Both the position numbers and the translations under genes were made by a program. The notes under the pieces are model-generated. The model saw nothing but the letters and a program-made list of their open reading frames with translations, ran no database searches and was not told where the DNA came from. Below, piece after piece: positions 26,207 to 29,034 of a DNA stretch of 29,034 nucleotides (the first letter of the stretch is position 1; the number at the start of each line of letters is the position of its first letter). The stretch is from positions 1 to 29,034 of the forward strand of contig CAYXNI010000002.1 in assembly GCA_964466285.1 (NCBI GenBank), in the 5' to 3' direction. The DNA is from an uncultured Planctomycetota bacterium. Its GTDB lineage: Bacteria; Planctomycetota; PUPC01.

Positions 26207-27490
26207 TTAGTACTGTTCGCTGGCGATCAAATCCTCGTAGGACTCGCGCTGGCGGATCACGCGGGCCGAGCCGCCGTCAATCATAACCTCGCAGGCCCTC
26301 GGACGCGAGTTGTAATTTGAGCTCATGCTGTAGCCGTATGCCCCGGCGGAGAACACGGCCAGGAGGTCGTCCTGCCGAACGGGCGGCAGCGGGCGATCCT
26401 TGGCCATGTAGTCGCCGCTCTCGCAGATGGGCCCGACCACGTCGACGACGACGCGCCCGTCGGTCCGCGCGTCCAGGGCCTCGGCCCCGAACGGGACAGG
26501 TTCGCCCGACTTGACCGGCCAAATGCGGTGGAACGAGTCGTACAGGGCGGGCCGGATCAGGTCGTTCATGCCGGCATCGCAGACCACGAACGTCTTGACG
26601 CCGGTCTCCTTGACATATTGGACGCGGGTGATCAGGACGGCCGCGTTGCCGACCAGGTAGCGGCCCGGCTCGAGGATGGCCCGACAGCCGCTGCGCCGGA
26701 TATAGGGCAGGATCGTGCGGGCATAATCGGCCGGCGTTGCGCTCTCACCGCCCCTGTATTCGATCCCGAACCCTCCGCCGATGTCGAGCCATTCGATCCG
26801 GTGGCCCCGGCTTCGGCAGAACTGTATGAATGGAACCACGCGCTCGAGCGCCCGGCCGTAAGGCTCGGGGGTCCAGACGGGCGAGCCGATGTGGATGTGG
26901 ACCCCGACCAGCCTCAGCATCGGAAGAGCTTTCATGCTGTCCATCATCTGCACGGCGCTGTCGAAATCAATGCCGAATTTGTTCTCCCTCTTGCCGGTGG
27001 TAGTGTGCCGGTGCGCCCCTGCGTCGACATCCGGGTTCAGCCGCAGGGCGACGGCAGCCTCGATGCCCAGCCGGTCCGCCACTGCGCTGACCCGCTCCAG
27101 CTCCGGCCTCGACTCCACGTTGAGCATCAGGACGCCGGACTTCAGGGCGTATTCAATCTCGGAATTGGTCTTGCCGACGCCGGCATAGCAGACGGTGCGT
27201 GGATCGGCGCCGACCTTCAGGACGCGGAACAGCTCGCCGCCGGACACAATGTCGAACCCCGCCCCCTCCTCCTTGAGAAGCTTGCAGATGGCCAGGCTGA
27301 AGTTGGCCTTGACGGCGTAGCAGATGAGCGGGTTCGCCTCGGCGAAAGTGTCCCGCAGCGAGCGGAAGTTCTGACGGATCGCGGCCGCACTGTACACGTA
27401 GACCGGCGTGCCGTGCTCGCGAACCACCTCGGCGACGGGCACGTCGCCGCAGAACAACTGCCCCTCCCTGTAAAGAAAGGACCCTTCCAT
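26207..27490 (-). CDS. lysA: diaminopimelate decarboxylase
   Basis: 427 aa from the ATG at 27490, preceded by GGAG. The Orn/DAP/Arg decarboxylase fold-III motifs are present (YAVKAN, HIHIGS, GGGFGIEY, DAGMNDLIRPALY, CESGD). The ATG lies 1 nt after the upstream FHA gene stop. Confidence 0.85.
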   Translation of the reverse strand: MEGSFLYREGQLFCGDVPVAEVVREHGTPVYVYSAAAIRQNFRSLRDTFAEANPLICYAVKANFSLAICKLLKEEGAGFDIVSGGELFRVLKVGADPRTVCYAGVGKTNSEIEYALKSGVLMLNVESRPELERVSAVADRLGIEAAVALRLNPDVDAGAHRHTTTGKRENKFGIDFDSAVQMMDSMKALPMLRLVGVHIHIGSPVWTPEPYGRALERVVPFIQFCRSRGHRIEWLDIGGGFGIEYRGGESATPADYARTILPYIRRSGCRAILEPGRYLVGNAAVLITRVQYVKETGVKTFVVCDAGMNDLIRPALYDSFHRIWPVKSGEPVPFGAEALDARTDGRVVVDVVGPICESGDYMAKDRPLPPVRQDDLLAVFSAGAYGYSMSSNYNSRPRACEVMIDGGSARVIRQRESYEDLIASEQY

Positions 27491-27491
27491 C

Positions 27492-27864
27492 CTATCTCCA
27501 TTCGAGGCGGAACACTTCACCGGCACCCATCTGAACCTCGTGAGCCTTTTCCCTGACGTCCGTAAGGACAACCCTGTCGATCCGCTTGCCATCCACAAAC
27601 GTGCCGTTGGAACTCAGGTCCTCGACCTCGATGCTGTTCGCGTTATGGAAACTGATCTTGAGGTGCTTGCGTGAAACGGTCTTCGAGCCCGACTCCGGCT
27701 CTTCCCCGCCCTTCTCGCTGCCGGTCCAGTTCTTGCAGTTGCGCAGCGAGATATCGCAGGACCGGCTGCGGCCCACCACTACGGACTTGCCGTATTCGAG
27801 GGGGAACAATTCGCCCTGCACCACACCCTTGATGCCGACCAGCACGGGGCCCTGACCGCTCATA
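27492..27864 (-). CDS. small stand-alone FHA-domain protein
   Basis: MSGQGPVLVGIKGVVQGELFPLEYGKSVVVGRSRSCDISL...SRKHLKISF...VEDLSSNGTFVDGKRI is the canonical FHA signature (GR...D..L....SR.H......DL.S.NGT.V.G). The ATG is preceded by GGAGAAGGAGGG. The ORF-track N-terminal extension to 27929 is unlikely. The start coordinate is approximate to within 1 nt. Confidence 0.65.
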
Positions 27865-27937
27865 CTACCCTCCTTCTCCGTTGCGGAACTTGCGCAAACC
27901 ACAGCAGGGCGCCAAACGGACCTGTCCAAGTCCCTGA

Positions 27938-27966
27938 ATGTTAGCCGAACCTTCCGGCCAATTCAA
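27938..27966 (-). promoter_or_regulatory. candidate promoter of the FHA-lysA-HEAT operon (TTGAAT-N17-TAACAT)
   Basis: On the minus strand the -35 element is at 27966..27961 and the -10 element at 27943..27938. It lies ~75 nt upstream of the FHA ATG. GC-rich palindromes (GTGCCGGCAC, GGCGCGCC) lie just upstream. Confidence 0.3.
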
Positions 27967-28041
27967 GAGAATTGTTGCCGTGCCGGCACACGGGCGCGCC
28001 GGACGCGCCGGGGGGAACATGCTGAATCCTTCGTGCCTGTC

Positions 28042-29034
28042 TTATCGTTGAGATGAAGAGAACGGACTCTCAGCGGGACACAGGAGCCCCTCGTACACCT
28101 TCTCGACCTGCTGCGCCTGGGTCACGGGATCGAACCGGCGGAGCGCCGTCTGCCGCGCCGCTTCGCCCATGCGGTTCCGCAGGTCCTTGTTCCGCGCCAG
28201 CTCGATGATCGCGTTCGCCAGGTTTTCGGGCGTGTCGTCAATCACCAGGCCGGTCTCGCGGTCCGCGACCAGTTCGGGCAACATGCCCCGGCGGGCTGCG
28301 ATGATTGGCGTGCCGACCGCCATCGCCTCCCGCACCGCCCGGCACGAGCCGTCCGTCCCAGGCATCAGGAACACCTTCGCGTCCAGCGCCCGCAACGCGG
28401 CGACGTAGTCGTCGCCACGAAGGTAACCTGGGAACACCACGGCGTCATCGAGGCCCCGCTCGCGTGTGGGCCGGACAACCACGCTCTCCATCTCTGTGCC
28501 GCGGCCGATGACCACCAGCTTCAGGTTTGGCACGTCGCGCCGCGCGATGGCGGCCGCGTCCAGCAGCACGTGAAACCGGCGGTGCCGCTGAATCCGCGCG
28601 GCAATACCCACCGCGAAGTCCTCGCTGCCCAGGCCCATGAGCGCGCGCATGTCTGGGAGCTTCCGCGCGGGGTCGAACCGGGCCAGGTCCACCGCCGTAT
28701 CGACCAGATGCACCCGGTCGCGCGGGAGCCGGAACCTCTTCACGTCCTGCTCCAGTGCGGCCCGCGACAACTCGATCAGAGCGTCCGTCCGCCCGGCGAA
28801 CAGATACCGGTTGCGGACCGACCTCTCCATGGGGACCGCAGCGTGGTTCGTCCGCACGATCCTGGGCCGACGCTTGCAGTACCGCACTGCGTGCACCGCC
28901 GTCACGTGATCGTTCAGCAGGTTGCAGTGGATCAGTTCGATGTTGTGTTCGTCGATGTACGCGCCCAGCCGGTGGATGTCGCGCCAGAGGGTCAGCCAGT
29001 TGAAATGCTTCGGCAGCCGGATCTCCGTGGTCGT
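28042..29034 (-). CDS. GT4-family glycosyltransferase, partial (runs off the window end; the frame is open to 29034)
   Basis: The C-terminal domain, FLMPGTDGSCRAVREAMAVGTPIIAARRGMLPELV...TGLVID, is the GT-B/GT4 E-x7-E-like region. The reading frame stays open upstream of the GTG at 28905 (…TTEIRLPKHFNWLTLWRDIHRLGAYIDEHNIELIHCNLLNDHV), which is consistent with the missing N-terminal domain. Confidence 0.7.
   Translation of the reverse strand, partial: TTTEIRLPKHFNWLTLWRDIHRLGAYIDEHNIELIHCNLLNDHVTAVHAVRYCKRRPRIVRTNHAAVPMERSVRNRYLFAGRTDALIELSRAALEQDVKRFRLPRDRVHLVDTAVDLARFDPARKLPDMRALMGLGSEDFAVGIAARIQRHRRFHVLLDAAAIARRDVPNLKLVVIGRGTEMESVVVRPTRERGLDDAVVFPGYLRGDDYVAALRALDAKVFLMPGTDGSCRAVREAMAVGTPIIAARRGMLPELVADRETGLVIDDTPENLANAIIELARNKDLRNRMGEAARQTALRRFDPVTQAQQVEKVYEGLLCPAESPFSSSQR

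Overview
This is a ~29 kb, gene-dense bacterial chromosomal segment of high GC content. Almost every wrong-frame ORF is long and Arg/Pro/Ala-rich, which is the usual signature of a roughly 65% GC genome. It carries several FHA-domain proteins, GH29 fucosidases, a ThuA-like gene and flotillin, so it may derive from a Planctomycetota-like lineage, but that is a guess.

Bases 1-9017 hold a long minus-strand gene array: a disrupted fhs, nadB, an FHA-GAF-HD-GYP signalling protein, a class IV aminotransferase, lolD, a LolC/E-family permease and lysS. Next come an MgtC-family gene and a small FlgM-like ORF. A ~500 nt non-coding stretch follows, containing two 29-bp direct repeats. Then comes a minus-strand polyamine operon: AdoMetDC (speH), spermidine synthase (speE) and a second divergent AdoMetDC-like paralog, preceded by a structured leader.

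The plus strand then carries a ThuA-like gene, two tandem paralogous GH29 alpha-L-fucosidases and a clean intrinsic terminator. After that come an HU/IHF-family gene, an NfeD-flotillin pair followed by a secreted hypothetical, a convergent Ldh_2-family dehydrogenase, and a YgiQ radical-SAM gene that carries an AT-rich in-frame insertion.

The 3' end holds a remnant of an NSS (SLC6-like) transporter with a large internal deletion. It also holds a minus-strand operon encoding a small FHA protein, lysA, and a 908-aa signal-peptide protein with TPR, HEAT, receiver-like and Pro/Glu-rich repeat regions, and finally the 3' part of a GT4 glycosyltransferase running off the window end.

No rRNA or tRNA genes, no cas genes, and no transposases, integrases or phage genes were recognised. 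The most notable items are the two FHA-containing operons, the FHA-GAF-HD-GYP fusion whose GYP motif is degenerate, the duplicated AdoMetDC with a leader attenuator, two genes with internal deletions (fhs and the NSS transporter), and several short AT-rich repeat islands in otherwise GC-rich DNA.
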